Origin: Planctomycetota bacterium
GTDB lineage: Bacteria; Planctomycetota; UBA11346
DNA: 64,000 nt
Direction of reading: 5' to 3'
Assembly: GCA_013816485.1 (NCBI GenBank)
Contig: JACDEI010000021.1
Coordinates: forward strand, 3,802-67,801
The notes beneath the pieces were generated by a model. It searched no databases, was not told where the DNA came from, and worked only from the letters and a program-made list of their open reading frames with translations. A program made the translations under genes and the position numbers. Of this stretch, positions 36,548-48,408 are shown one piece after another (positions within the stretch are counted from its first letter, which is position 1; each line of letters starts with the position of its first letter).

Positions 36548-38029
36548 TCAGATCTGATGCACCTTGATGGTGTTGGCACCGGTCGACGACAGACCGCTGA
36601 TGACCACCACGGTGTCGCCTTCCTTGAAGATATCGAAGCGCAGGCACTCTTCGGTCGCCTTCTCCAGCAGGTCGTGGAGGTTGTCCAGGTACGGGATAAG
36701 CACGGGAATCACGCCCCAGAACAGGCTCATCTGCCGCCACGTGCGTTCATCATAGCACAGCGCGACCATCGGGATGTTGCCGCGGCGTTTCGACAGCAGT
36801 AGGGCCTTCTCGACGCCGTTGCTGAGGATCATCACGCCATTGGCGTTGATCTCACGCGAGAGGTAGTCGGCCGCACCGGTGAACGCGAAGGAGAACGGAT
36901 TCACCGCCGAGCTGCGGCGGTCGAGCTCCATCGTCGGCATGTACGGACTCTTCTCGGCCTCGGCGGCGATGCGGGTCATCTCCGCCACGGCTTCGACCGG
37001 GTATTTGCCCGAGGCGGTTTCGCCCGAGAGCATCACCGCATCGCTGCCGTCGAAGATCGCGTTGGCCACATCGCTGGATTCAGCGCGTGTCGGGATCGGG
37101 CTCTCGATCATCGATTCGAGCATCTGCGTGGCGGTGATCACCAGCTTGCCCATGCGGTTGGCTTTGGTGATCAGATCCTTCTGCACCACCGGTAGACGCT
37201 GGGTGCTGATCTCGATGCCGAGATCACCGCGCGCTACCATGATGCCGTCAGTCTCCTGGAGGATCTCGTCGATGTTGTCCACCGCCTCGGGTTTCTCGAT
37301 CTTGGAGATCACCGGAATGTCGCGGCCCGATTCGGCGATGCGGTTCTTGAGGTTGCGCACGTCGCGTGCGGTGCGCACGAAGCTCAGCGCGATGTAGTCG
37401 ACATCGTTGGCGATGGCCCAGGCGAGATCCGCCTTGTCCTTCTCGCTGATCGACGGGGTCGAGACCTTCACGCCAGGAAGGTTGATGCCCTTGTTGCTCT
37501 TGAGCCAGCCACCCACCAGCACGGTGCCGTGAATGTCATCGCCATCGACCTTGTCGACCTCGACGCGCATGCGCCCATCGTCGATCAGCATGACGTTGCC
37601 CTTGACCACATCGCGGGCGAGTCCGTTGTAGGTGGTGCCGACGCGTTTAGCGGTGCCCTCCGGACAATCGGCGACGGTGATCACCACCTGATCGCCGACT
37701 TTCCATTCGACCGGCTGGTTGTCCTTCAGGCGGCCAGTGCGGATCTTCGGGCCCTGGAGGTCGGCCAGTATCGCGACCGGACGCTCCAGTTCCTTGCTGA
37801 TGCGGCGGATGAGCGTCAGGCGCGCGAGGTGGTCGCTGTGGTCGCCGTGGCTCATATTCAGGCGTGCAAGGTTGATGCCCGCCTGGAACAACGCGCGCAT
37901 GACCTCTTCGCTGCTCGATGCCGGACCGAGGGTGGCGACGATCTTGGTGCGCTTGCGCGTTCGCTTGGTCAACTGGTGCTGTTGCAAGGACTGGGTGCCG
38001 GCGGTGAAGACGCGGGTATCGATGGGCAT
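36548..38029 (-). CDS. pyk: Pyruvate kinase
   Basis: RTKIVATLGPAS, RLNMSHG, DLQGPKIR, MVARGDLG, ATQMLESM, DAVMLSGETA. Confidence 0.98.
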   Translation of the reverse strand: MPIDTRVFTAGTQSLQQHQLTKRTRKRTKIVATLGPASSSEEVMRALFQAGINLARLNMSHGDHSDHLARLTLIRRISKELERPVAILADLQGPKIRTGRLKDNQPVEWKVGDQVVITVADCPEGTAKRVGTTYNGLARDVVKGNVMLIDDGRMRVEVDKVDGDDIHGTVLVGGWLKSNKGINLPGVKVSTPSISEKDKADLAWAIANDVDYIALSFVRTARDVRNLKNRIAESGRDIPVISKIEKPEAVDNIDEILQETDGIMVARGDLGIEISTQRLPVVQKDLITKANRMGKLVITATQMLESMIESPIPTRAESSDVANAIFDGSDAVMLSGETASGKYPVEAVAEMTRIAAEAEKSPYMPTMELDRRSSAVNPFSFAFTGAADYLSREINANGVMILSNGVEKALLLSKRRGNIPMVALCYDERTWRQMSLFWGVIPVLIPYLDNLHDLLEKATEECLRFDIFKEGDTVVVISGLSSTGANTIKVHQI

Positions 38030-38265
38030 GGGCGGGAGCCTAGGTCGGGGAACGGGGGGGCAAACTGGTCAGACCTGTTGACGTGGAAATAGCGCCAGTG
38101 GGCTGGTGCTCAGGATGACAGGCTTCGCGGGAGGGGCATGCTGCATCTTTCTGCTGGGTGCGACAGCATTGACATCCCCTGGAGCGGCTGGACACGACCG
38201 TGTGGCGTCGATAGTCCCCGCCGCGCCCGCTGTCGGGTGCCGACCGTTCCGCCCTGGGAGTCTCC

Positions 38266-39237
38266 GTGTCCTACGCCGCCGCTGCTAAGGCCATCGCCAA
38301 CGCTTCATCGATCATCGTGACGACGCACATCAATCCTGATGGTGATGGTGTCGGTGCCGGGCTGGCGTTGGTGCATGCACTCAAAGGCATGGGCAAGCAG
38401 GTGCGTTTCTGCTGTCCGAGCCGGGTGGTGTCGATGTACGCCTTCCTGCCCGGTTTCGCCAAGATCACCGCGGTCGAGGACGAGGCCGCCGCGGCGAAGA
38501 CCAGACGCGCGGATCTCATCATCAGTTGCGATGCCGGTGATGTGGAACGCCTGGGGGCGGTGGCCAAGGTCAAACGTTCCACACTGATCAACCTCGACCA
38601 TCACGTCACCAACACGCGTTTCGGCGACCTCAACGTCGTCGATGTCGATGCCGAGAGCACCGGGGTGGTGGTGGAGAAGCTGCTGCGCCGCATGAAGGTT
38701 AAACTCGACAAGACCCTCGGCGAATGCCTCTACACCACCATCGTGTTCGACACCGGTCGTTTCATGCACAGCAACACCACGGCGCATACCTTCCGCTGGA
38801 CGGCCAAGCTCTTGGAGACCGGCATCGACGCCGCCGCGATCAATCGCGCACTGACCTACACCAAGAAGCCGCACGACCTGCTGATCCAGAAGATGGGCAT
38901 CGAGAACCTCCGGGTTGACGAACAGGAACCGCGCCTGGCCGGCATCGTCCTGAGTGCCGATACGATCGCGGCGGTGGGCGAACCCGAGGATTGGGGCGAC
39001 CTAGTCGAGATCGCCCGCAGCCTGGCCGGCAACCAGGTGGCGTACCTCCTGCGCGAGGCCAAGGACCGTAAGACCGTGCGTTGTTCGATGCGCTCCAACC
39101 CGCCGTTCGAAGTCGGTTCGGTGGCCCAGGCCCTGGGTGGTGGTGGCCACCGGCAAGCGGCCGGTTGCACCTTCGTCGGCAACCTGGCAGCCGCCCAACG
39201 CGAGATCCTGGCCCGTCTACGCCACCAGTTGTCATGA
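38266..39237 (+). CDS. nrnA: DHH/DHHA1 phosphoesterase (bifunctional oligoribonuclease/PAP phosphatase)
   Basis: HINPDGD, DHH, DTGRF, GGGGHRQAAG. Confidence 0.92.
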   Translation: MSYAAAAKAIANASSIIVTTHINPDGDGVGAGLALVHALKGMGKQVRFCCPSRVVSMYAFLPGFAKITAVEDEAAAAKTRRADLIISCDAGDVERLGAVAKVKRSTLINLDHHVTNTRFGDLNVVDVDAESTGVVVEKLLRRMKVKLDKTLGECLYTTIVFDTGRFMHSNTTAHTFRWTAKLLETGIDAAAINRALTYTKKPHDLLIQKMGIENLRVDEQEPRLAGIVLSADTIAAVGEPEDWGDLVEIARSLAGNQVAYLLREAKDRKTVRCSMRSNPPFEVGSVAQALGGGGHRQAAGCTFVGNLAAAQREILARLRHQLS

Positions 39238-39323
39238 ACCAGTTGTCATGAGACAGTCGTCATGAACAGCGGTACACTGGTGCTGGAACTCATCATCGGC
39301 ACCCGGACAATCGTAGCGCATCC

Positions 39324-40136
39324 ATGACTGCCAACGCCTTCCCCATCCGCATCGACAGCCTGTTCTACCGCGAGGCTAGCCTCGCCTACCACACCGGCGC
39401 GCACGAGCATCGGGTCCATCAATGGATCTACTGCATGCACGGCGGTATGACGGTGTCGATCAACGGCAGCTTCTTCGAACTGCATCCCGAAGAGTCGATC
39501 GTCATCCCACCCAAGGCCAGTCGTGAGACCTGGTGCCGTCAGAAGGCCCCTGGGTACCTCGTGTGCATCTTCGAGTCCTCGCGCCTCGACATGACGCCCA
39601 TGGAAGGCCGCGTGCTGAAGCTGCCGAGCGAGATGCGTGACGACATCCAGGCGCTGGTCGGTGAATTGCGCCAACCGCGTGGTGATGATTCGCCGTTCCT
39701 CACCAGTGCGCTGACGGTGCGCCTGTTGATCGGTCATCTGCGTGCGATCGCTACCGGCATTCCGCAACCAGCGTCGTCGTTGTCGTCGCTCAACGCCATC
39801 CGCCACCAGGAACTGGTCGATCAGGCGGAGGTCTTCATGCAGAAGAACCTCCACCGCCAGTTGCTGCGTCAGGAGATCGCCTCCGCGGTTGGTGTCAGCG
39901 AACCACACCTCGCGCGGTTGTTTCGTGCGGCGACCAACAAGACCGTGCTGCAACGCCTCACCGACATGCGCATTGTGCAGGCGAAGTCACTGCTGCTGGA
40001 AAGCACGTTGTCGGTCACGCAGATCGCCGGCGAGGTCGGCCTCAGCTCGTTCAGCCACTTCACGCGCATCTTCAAACGCGCGGTCGGCGTCGCCCCGTCC
40101 GACTACCGCCGCTCCGGCGGCCAGTCCTGGGCGTGA
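39324..40136 (+). CDS. AraC-family transcriptional regulator
   Basis: Cupin N-terminus; HLARLF...AKSLL...IAGEVG...HFTRIFKRAVGVAPSDYR. Confidence 0.95.
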   Translation: MTANAFPIRIDSLFYREASLAYHTGAHEHRVHQWIYCMHGGMTVSINGSFFELHPEESIVIPPKASRETWCRQKAPGYLVCIFESSRLDMTPMEGRVLKLPSEMRDDIQALVGELRQPRGDDSPFLTSALTVRLLIGHLRAIATGIPQPASSLSSLNAIRHQELVDQAEVFMQKNLHRQLLRQEIASAVGVSEPHLARLFRAATNKTVLQRLTDMRIVQAKSLLLESTLSVTQIAGEVGLSSFSHFTRIFKRAVGVAPSDYRRSGGQSWA

Positions 40137-40145
40137 AAAGTATCG

Positions 40146-40239
40146 AGCAGGACTGACATGGAGGACCGGAGAACCGGAGAAGAAAAGATCAGTCTTCTCT
40201 CTCCACTCCGGTTCTCCGGTCCTCCATGTCAGTTCTGCT
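40146..40239. repeat. 34-bp near-perfect inverted repeat with internal octamer repeats
   Basis: AGCAGGACTGACATGGAGGACCGGAGAACCGGAG vs CTCCGGTTCTCCGGTCCTCCATGTCAGTTCTGCT. Confidence 0.9.
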
Positions 40240-40362
40240 GTCGAGTAGGCCCTTGGCGATCGGAATGCGAACCTATCGGATCGTCCCCGGCTAGCATCGC
40301 AGGCCCCTAGACACTAGGCTGACCAGTCCGTTTGCCCCAGTTTTTCCTCAAGGAATCCGACC

Positions 40363-41538
40363 ATGACCACTCCCGACAAGAACCTGCGCATCGGCGTCGT
40401 CGGTATCGGCAACATGGGCTCGGGTCACGTCACCGCGATCAATGATGGCAAAGTCACTCGCGCCACCGTCACTGCGGTCGCGGATGGCGACGCGGCGCGC
40501 ACCGGACGATTCCCCAAGGCCAAGGCCTTTAAGACCGGCAAAGAACTCATCGCCTCCGGCGAGGTTGACGCGGTGGTGATCGCCACGCCGCACTTCGACC
40601 ACACCACGCTTGGCTCCGCTGCCCTCGCCGCTGGTCTGCATGTGCTGGTCGAAAAGCCGCTGTCGGTCCACAAAGCCGACTGCGATCGTCTGATCGCCGC
40701 CTACCACGCCCGCCCGAAGAAAGAGCAGGTCTTCGGCGCGATGTTCAACCAGCGCACTGATCCGCACTACGCCAAGGTGCGTGAGTTGATCGTGAACGGC
40801 GAACTCGGTGAGATCCGCCGCGTCAACTGGATCGTCACCGACTGGTTCCGCACCGAGGCCTACTACGCCTCGGGCGGCTGGCGCGCGACCTGGAAGGGCG
40901 AGGGTGGTGGCGTGCTGGTCAACCAGTGCCCGCACAACCTCGACCTGCTGGTGTGGATGTGCGGCATGCCGAGCGCCGTGCGCGCGTTCTGCCAGTTCGG
41001 CAAGTGGCACAACATCGAGACCGAGGATGCGGTCACCGCCTACCTGGAATTCCCCAACGGTGCGACCGGCGTATTCGTCACCACCACCGGCGAGGCCCCA
41101 GGCACCAACCGCCTGGAGATCGCCGCCGAACGTGGCCGCATCGTGGTCGAGAACGGCAAGATCACCTGGACGCGCAACCTCCAGCCGATGACCGAGTTCA
41201 GCAAGACCACCGATCAGAGCTTTGGTCGCCCCGACGTGTGGAACGTCGAGATCCCGGTCGAGGGCAGCGGCGGCCAGCACATCGCCATCATGCAGAACTT
41301 CGTTGACGCGGTGCTCGATGGCAAACCGCTGCTCGCTCCCGCGATCGAGGGTGTCCATTCAGTGGAACTGGCCAACGCCTGCATCTACTCGACCCTGACC
41401 GATGCCACCGTGAAACTGCCGCTCGACGGCATCGCCTATGAGCAGGCACTCCAGAAGCTCATCGCCGAATCGCGCTTCGAGAAGAAGGTGGTCACGCGCA
41501 CGGCGAGCGCCGACGACTTCGCCAAGTCGCATCGCTAG
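40363..41538 (+). CDS. Gfo/Idh/MocA-family oxidoreductase
   Basis: GVVGIGNMG, ATPHFDH, VEKP, GGGVLVNQCPH. Confidence 0.95.
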   Translation: MTTPDKNLRIGVVGIGNMGSGHVTAINDGKVTRATVTAVADGDAARTGRFPKAKAFKTGKELIASGEVDAVVIATPHFDHTTLGSAALAAGLHVLVEKPLSVHKADCDRLIAAYHARPKKEQVFGAMFNQRTDPHYAKVRELIVNGELGEIRRVNWIVTDWFRTEAYYASGGWRATWKGEGGGVLVNQCPHNLDLLVWMCGMPSAVRAFCQFGKWHNIETEDAVTAYLEFPNGATGVFVTTTGEAPGTNRLEIAAERGRIVVENGKITWTRNLQPMTEFSKTTDQSFGRPDVWNVEIPVEGSGGQHIAIMQNFVDAVLDGKPLLAPAIEGVHSVELANACIYSTLTDATVKLPLDGIAYEQALQKLIAESRFEKKVVTRTASADDFAKSHR

Positions 41539-41656
41539 GTGTGTGGTGGCTCGGGGTTACTGTCTTCCTCGCGCAGGTTGAGCGCGGACGGCGGGCGCTA
41601 GGACTTGCGCACCCGCCCGTGCTGGCCGCCCACACTCCGACGGAATCCCAACGCCC

Positions 41657-42439
41657 ATGAAACTGCACCAGGTCGCGCTCCAGCTCTACACCCTGCGTGA
41701 CTTCACCAAGACCCCGTCCGACTTCGCGGTCACCGCGCGCAAGATCCGCGCCGCTGGCTACGAAGCGGTCCAGATCAGCGGCGTCGGACCGATCGAGGAT
41801 CGTGAGCTGGTGAGCATCTGCCGTGGCGAAGGCCTGCGTATCTGCGCCACGCACGAGAGCGGCAAGGTCATCGTCGAGGAGACCCAGAAGATCATCGACC
41901 GCCTCGGTCGCCTGGGCGCGATCTACACCGCCTACCCGCATCCGCATGTGCCGCTCACCACCGTCGAAGAGGTGTTGGCGCTCGCCAGTGACCTCGACAA
42001 GGCGGGCAAGGCGCTGCGCAAGGCCGGCAACGTGCTGACCTACCACAACCACGCGATCGAACTGCGGAAGTTTGATGGCAAAACCATGCTCGACCTGTTC
42101 TTCGAGCACACCAACAAGCAGAACCTGCAAGCCACCATCGACACCTACTGGATCCAGGCCGGCGGCGGCGATCCGGCGGAATGGTGCCGCAAGCTCAAGC
42201 GCCGGTTGCCGATGATCCACATGAAGGACTTCGGCGTCAGCAAGGACAACCGGACCGGGGTGATGATGGAGGTCGGCGCCGGTAATCTGAACTGGCAGGC
42301 GATCATCCCGGCGGCGGAGAAATCCGGCTGCGAATGGTTCATCGTCGAGCAGGACATCTGCCCAGGCGATCCATTCGACTCGATCCGTGCGAGCTATCAG
42401 TACATCAAGGAGCACCTGGCCGAACGCATCGGCCGTTAG
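41657..42439 (+). CDS. Sugar phosphate isomerase/epimerase (AP endonuclease 2 TIM barrel)
   Basis: QLYTLRD, YHNH, DTYW, HMKD, VEQD. Confidence 0.92.
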   Translation: MKLHQVALQLYTLRDFTKTPSDFAVTARKIRAAGYEAVQISGVGPIEDRELVSICRGEGLRICATHESGKVIVEETQKIIDRLGRLGAIYTAYPHPHVPLTTVEEVLALASDLDKAGKALRKAGNVLTYHNHAIELRKFDGKTMLDLFFEHTNKQNLQATIDTYWIQAGGGDPAEWCRKLKRRLPMIHMKDFGVSKDNRTGVMMEVGAGNLNWQAIIPAAEKSGCEWFIVEQDICPGDPFDSIRASYQYIKEHLAERIGR

Positions 42440-42494
42440 CTCATGGCTCTTTCCCCCTGGTGCCATCCCGCACGCAGCGTAAATCATCCGTCGC

Positions 42495-43196
42495 ATGATC
42501 GAAAGTCTGATGGTATGGCTGAGCCAACTGCACGATCCTGAGGGCCTCAAGCACCTCATCGTCTCGGGTGGCGTCATTCTGCTGATGGTCATCGTATTCT
42601 CCGAGACCGGCCTGCTGATCGGCTTCTTCCTACCAGGTGACAGCCTGTTGTTCCTCGCTGGTGCGCTTTGTTCGGTGAACCTGCTCGACCCCAGCACACC
42701 GCCGCCGCTCGACTTCACCCTCACCACCATCGCGCTGGTCATCGCCGCCATCCTGGGCAATACAGTGAACTACTGGTTAGGACGCTGGGCTGGCGAAACA
42801 GTGTGGGATCGTCCCGATGGTCGGTTCATCAAGCGCCGCTACCTGGAAGAAGCCCATGCTTTCTACGAGAAATGGGGCGCGGTGTCGTTGGTGCTGACGC
42901 GGTATGTGCCCATCGCCCGCACGTTCGTGCCGTTCGTCGCCGGGGTGTCCCGTATGCGCTTCGCGATCTACACCCTGTGGAACATCGTCGGCGCCTTGTT
43001 GTGGGTGCCGGTACTGATGGCGGTCGGTTACTGGCTCGGGCAGATCCCGTTCGTCCAGCGCAACCTCGAGACCATCGTCCTGGGGGTGATCATCATCTCG
43101 ATCCTGCCGATGATGATCGGTGGCGGCATCCGCTGGCGGCGTATGCGTCGCCAGGCGTCGCAGCGGGTGGAACCCGGGCGTACCGACGGCCCGTGA
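42495..43196 (+). CDS. dedA: DedA/VTT-domain membrane protein
   Basis: ETGLLIGFFLPGDSLLF, RYVPIARTF. Confidence 0.93.
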   Translation: MIESLMVWLSQLHDPEGLKHLIVSGGVILLMVIVFSETGLLIGFFLPGDSLLFLAGALCSVNLLDPSTPPPLDFTLTTIALVIAAILGNTVNYWLGRWAGETVWDRPDGRFIKRRYLEEAHAFYEKWGAVSLVLTRYVPIARTFVPFVAGVSRMRFAIYTLWNIVGALLWVPVLMAVGYWLGQIPFVQRNLETIVLGVIIISILPMMIGGGIRWRRMRRQASQRVEPGRTDGP

Positions 43197-43286
43197 CCTG
43201 CCGATCCGCCGTGCGCTGGACAGCATGCGGCTGGCCGGCAAGGTTCGGTCTCGTACCTCGTCCAGACCAGGACTGATCGAAACGCC

Positions 43287-44216
43287 ATGAGCGCCGACGC
43301 GATCCTCACCTTCACCAACGTCTCCTTCACCTACCGCGGCGACTGGCTGCAACGGGTGCAGGCGCTGAAAAAAGTCGACCTGACCGTGCCGCGGGGTTCG
43401 GCCTTCGGTTTCCTCGGTGCCAATGGCGCCGGTAAGTCGACCAGCATCAAGCTGGTGATGGGCCTGCTGCATGGCCATCAGGGTGATATCCGCATGTTCG
43501 GTCAACCACTCGGCGACCATCGTCTGCGTGCGCGCATCGGCTATCTGCCGGAGCATCCGTACTTCTACGACAACCTGGCGGTGGGCGAGTACCTTGCCTA
43601 CATGGCGCGGTTGTCCGGTCTGGCTCCTGATGCCATTCCGGCAGCGATCGATCGGGTCTGCCAACTGCTTGATCTGGCGGACCTCAAGAAACGCATGCTC
43701 GGTAGTTTCTCCAAAGGTATGCGTCAGCGGTTCGGTCTGGCGCAGGCGATCATCCACCAGCCGGACCTGCTGGTGCTTGATGAGCCGTTCTCTGGGCTCG
43801 ATCCACTCTGGCGTGCACGTTTCCGCGAGGTGATGGCGCTGGAGCGTAAACGTGGCGCGACGCTGTGTTTCAGCACGCACATCCTTTCCGACGTCGAGGA
43901 CCTCTGCGACCACTACGGCGTGATCGATCACGGCGTCGTGCTCGAACAAGGCCGGCTTGAGGATCTGGTAAAGCAGGCGCCGTTGGTGCTGACCGGCAGC
44001 GGTCCGATGCCCAGCGCCGCGATGGGCAATCATGATGGCACGTGGCGTTGGCAGTTCCCTGAGGCCGAGCGCGAGAAGAATCTCGCCACGTTACCCGTCG
44101 GCGCGCAGATCCTGCGTTTGGAACGCAACCGCATCGGCCTGGAGGACTATTTCGTTGCGCGCGTGAAGGCGTTCCATGCAGCGGGCAAACGCCTCGACGG
44201 CACGGGGGCGGCATGA
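43287..44216 (+). CDS. ABC transporter ATP-binding protein (PilH-like)
   Basis: GANGAGKST, FSKGMRQR, LVLDEP, STH. Confidence 0.93.
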   Translation: MSADAILTFTNVSFTYRGDWLQRVQALKKVDLTVPRGSAFGFLGANGAGKSTSIKLVMGLLHGHQGDIRMFGQPLGDHRLRARIGYLPEHPYFYDNLAVGEYLAYMARLSGLAPDAIPAAIDRVCQLLDLADLKKRMLGSFSKGMRQRFGLAQAIIHQPDLLVLDEPFSGLDPLWRARFREVMALERKRGATLCFSTHILSDVEDLCDHYGVIDHGVVLEQGRLEDLVKQAPLVLTGSGPMPSAAMGNHDGTWRWQFPEAEREKNLATLPVGAQILRLERNRIGLEDYFVARVKAFHAAGKRLDGTGAA

Positions 44217-44229
44217 GGCATTTCAAACG

Positions 44230-44386
44230 GTCCGGAAGTCCGGAAGTCCGGAAGTCCGGAAGTCTCGTGGTTCGCCAGTTTCCAATGAACATCTTCGCTG
44301 ATTGCCGCACCTGGGCACGTGTGGAACACCATCAAACGTCAGGACGGGAAGACTTCCGCTCTTTCGGACTTCCGGACTTCAGGACC
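44230..44386. repeat. Inverted octamer tandem repeat (GTCCGGAA)4 ... degenerate (GACTTCCG)4
   Basis: Read directly; lies between the ABC ATPase and permease genes. Confidence 0.88.
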
Positions 44387-44397
44387 GGGGCAATCTC

Positions 44398-45153
44398 ATG
44401 ATCGGTGTCATCGCCTGGGCCACCTGCCGCGAAGCGGTGCGTTCGCGCACCTTCCTGCTGCTGTTGGCGGTGTACCTGCTCGGTGTGTTGATGTCGCGCA
44501 TCGTCGGGTGGATCAGCGCCACCGACGGCAACGTCATCACCACCGACGTGGTGTTTAGCCTGCAATCGATCATGGGTGTGTTGGTCGCGGTGGCGACCGG
44601 TACCGCGCTGGTGCATGTCGAGATTCAGCAAAAGACGCTCTACACCGTGTTGTCACGACCGCTGCCGCGCTGGCAGTTCGTGCTTGGCAAGTACCTCGGC
44701 CTGTGCCTCGCTCTGGCGGCAGGTCAGGTGGCGATGCTGATCATCGGCTTGATCTACCTCGCTGCCACGGGCGCGCCGGTGCACTATTGGCTGCTGATCG
44801 CTGGCCTGCTGACCATCGTCGAAGTGTTGGTGATGGCGGCGGTCAGCCTGTGCTGGACCGCGCTGTCGTCACCACTGCTGGCCGCAGTCCTCGGTTTGGC
44901 GACGTATGCGCTTGGACATGCCGTGCATTCCCTGCCTGGGCTGGTGCACCACCTCAAAGGTACGCAGCAGACCATCGCCATCGCCCTCGCCAGCCTAGTG
45001 CCGGACCTCGGGCAGTTCGCCTACCGCAACGAAGCGGTCTACCGCACGCCGATCGCGCTCGATGATCTGCTGATGCGCTTGGTGTATGGGGGTCTGTGGT
45101 GTGCCCTGCTGGTGTTCATCACCATCGCGGTGATCCGACGGAAGCAGTTGTGA
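44398..45153 (+). CDS. ABC-2 type permease (PilI-like)
   Basis: Multiple TM helices; EIQQKTLYTVLSRPLPRWQFVLGKYLG. Confidence 0.92.
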   Translation: MIGVIAWATCREAVRSRTFLLLLAVYLLGVLMSRIVGWISATDGNVITTDVVFSLQSIMGVLVAVATGTALVHVEIQQKTLYTVLSRPLPRWQFVLGKYLGLCLALAAGQVAMLIIGLIYLAATGAPVHYWLLIAGLLTIVEVLVMAAVSLCWTALSSPLLAAVLGLATYALGHAVHSLPGLVHHLKGTQQTIAIALASLVPDLGQFAYRNEAVYRTPIALDDLLMRLVYGGLWCALLVFITIAVIRRKQL

Positions 45154-45160
45154 GGCGATT

Positions 45161-46393
45161 GTGAGTACCTGGCGCAGCTACGGTCTGAGAGTGGTGATGA
45201 TTGCCGGCGCGGTGGTGTTGATCGGCTGGAACAGCAGCCGGTTCCTCACGGCCAAACCAGAAATCCGCGCCAAGGATCTCGATTTTTTGCCGGCACCCGA
45301 GACCGCTCGCGTGCTCGCACTCGGCCACACCAATACGCTCGCTAAGTTGCGTTGGGTCGACTCCTTCGCCTACTTTCAGTATCAGCTTGATCGCAAGGAC
45401 GACACCGTCGCCGGTGGAGGCACGGGGTTCCGTCGTTTGTACGAGACGCTCATCGCACTCGATCCGAAGTTCCAGCCATTCTACGAGCATGCATCGTTGA
45501 ACACCTCGGGCGTGCTCGACCAGCATTGGGTCGCGCTGGGCTTTCTCATGCGCGGGAATCAGGAACTGCCGCAGTCACGCGAGCTGTGGCGCAACACCGC
45601 GACCACCTTGAAGACCTTCTTCCACTGGGACACCAAGCAACCACTGCTGTTCGATGCCTTCCTCGCCCAGTGGGAAGCGGCAGAAGAGCTGCCGGAAGCC
45701 AAGCGCATGGTGTGGGACTGGAAGCGTGGCTTCGGGTCGCGTGTCTTCACCGGCCTGGAACAGTTGCCGTATTGGCTCGATCAACTGCAAGCCACCACGG
45801 CCGGCACGCCGAATGGTGACTATGTCGATACCACCATCCGCGAATTGCTCGCACGTTTCGGGGCACGCGAATTGAACGCCCTGGCCACGAGCTGGCGCAT
45901 CGCCCAGGGCGGCGTTCCGACAACACGCACCGAACTGGTCGACAACCTAACCCTCATCGATCCGTTGCGCCCAGTGGTGGACAACGGTCCACACCCCACG
46001 CGGATTGACGAGTTCATCGACCCGCGGCTGGTCCGTCGCCGGTATCCCACCGGCCTGCCCATGCATGGACCGCTGATGGTGGTTGATGGCCGGCTGACGC
46101 TGCGCAGCGATCCGTATGGTTTGCCATGGAAGCTCGTCGACCACCACGTGGTCAGCGTCGGCCACTTCCGCGCGTCCTATGAGAAAAGGCTTGGTCAGGT
46201 GAGCGTCGCCCTCTTGGGACTCGCCCAGAAAGAGGGCCGCTGGCCGACCAGCCTGGAGGAGGCGAAAGCCATGGGGCTGGATCTCCCTGATCAACCTGAG
46301 GATGGACGCCTGCGTCTGGATGGCCGCCAGGTGGTGGTCGACTGGTCTGTGGAGGCTGGGGCGCCCTGGGTACTCCGTCAGGACCATAATTGA
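45161..46393 (+). CDS. Membrane-anchored accessory protein, PilG/XapA-like
   Basis: N-terminal TM; LAKLRWVDSFAYF...LIALDPKFQPFY; context after ABC pair. Confidence 0.65.
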   Translation: MSTWRSYGLRVVMIAGAVVLIGWNSSRFLTAKPEIRAKDLDFLPAPETARVLALGHTNTLAKLRWVDSFAYFQYQLDRKDDTVAGGGTGFRRLYETLIALDPKFQPFYEHASLNTSGVLDQHWVALGFLMRGNQELPQSRELWRNTATTLKTFFHWDTKQPLLFDAFLAQWEAAEELPEAKRMVWDWKRGFGSRVFTGLEQLPYWLDQLQATTAGTPNGDYVDTTIRELLARFGARELNALATSWRIAQGGVPTTRTELVDNLTLIDPLRPVVDNGPHPTRIDEFIDPRLVRRRYPTGLPMHGPLMVVDGRLTLRSDPYGLPWKLVDHHVVSVGHFRASYEKRLGQVSVALLGLAQKEGRWPTSLEEAKAMGLDLPDQPEDGRLRLDGRQVVVDWSVEAGAPWVLRQDHN

Positions 46394-46649
46394 CGTGTTA
46401 ATATAGAGGGGGTGTTTATCGTGCCGTGTGCCATCAGCCGATTCGAAGGCCTGTCACCGGCCCATATCCACTCCGTTCCCCCGCGTTGGCCGGTCCGTCC
46501 AGCCCCAAACTCCTGCCCTGGTTGCGTAGACCGGCAGCAGAGACCTGGGGCAGGCCGGTCATTGTCAGCCCGGTTCTGCTACTAGACTCCGCCTCCCCCG
46601 TTGAAACCCCCGCCCGGCCCTTGGCCGGACGGTGACCCTGAGAGATCCC

Positions 46650-48407
<1,758 letters not shown>

Positions 48408-48408
48408 G

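Noticed and set aside
38170-38200. Sigma-70 promoter from TTGACA upstream of nrnA
   Set aside because: No convincing -10 hexamer at 16-18 bp spacing.
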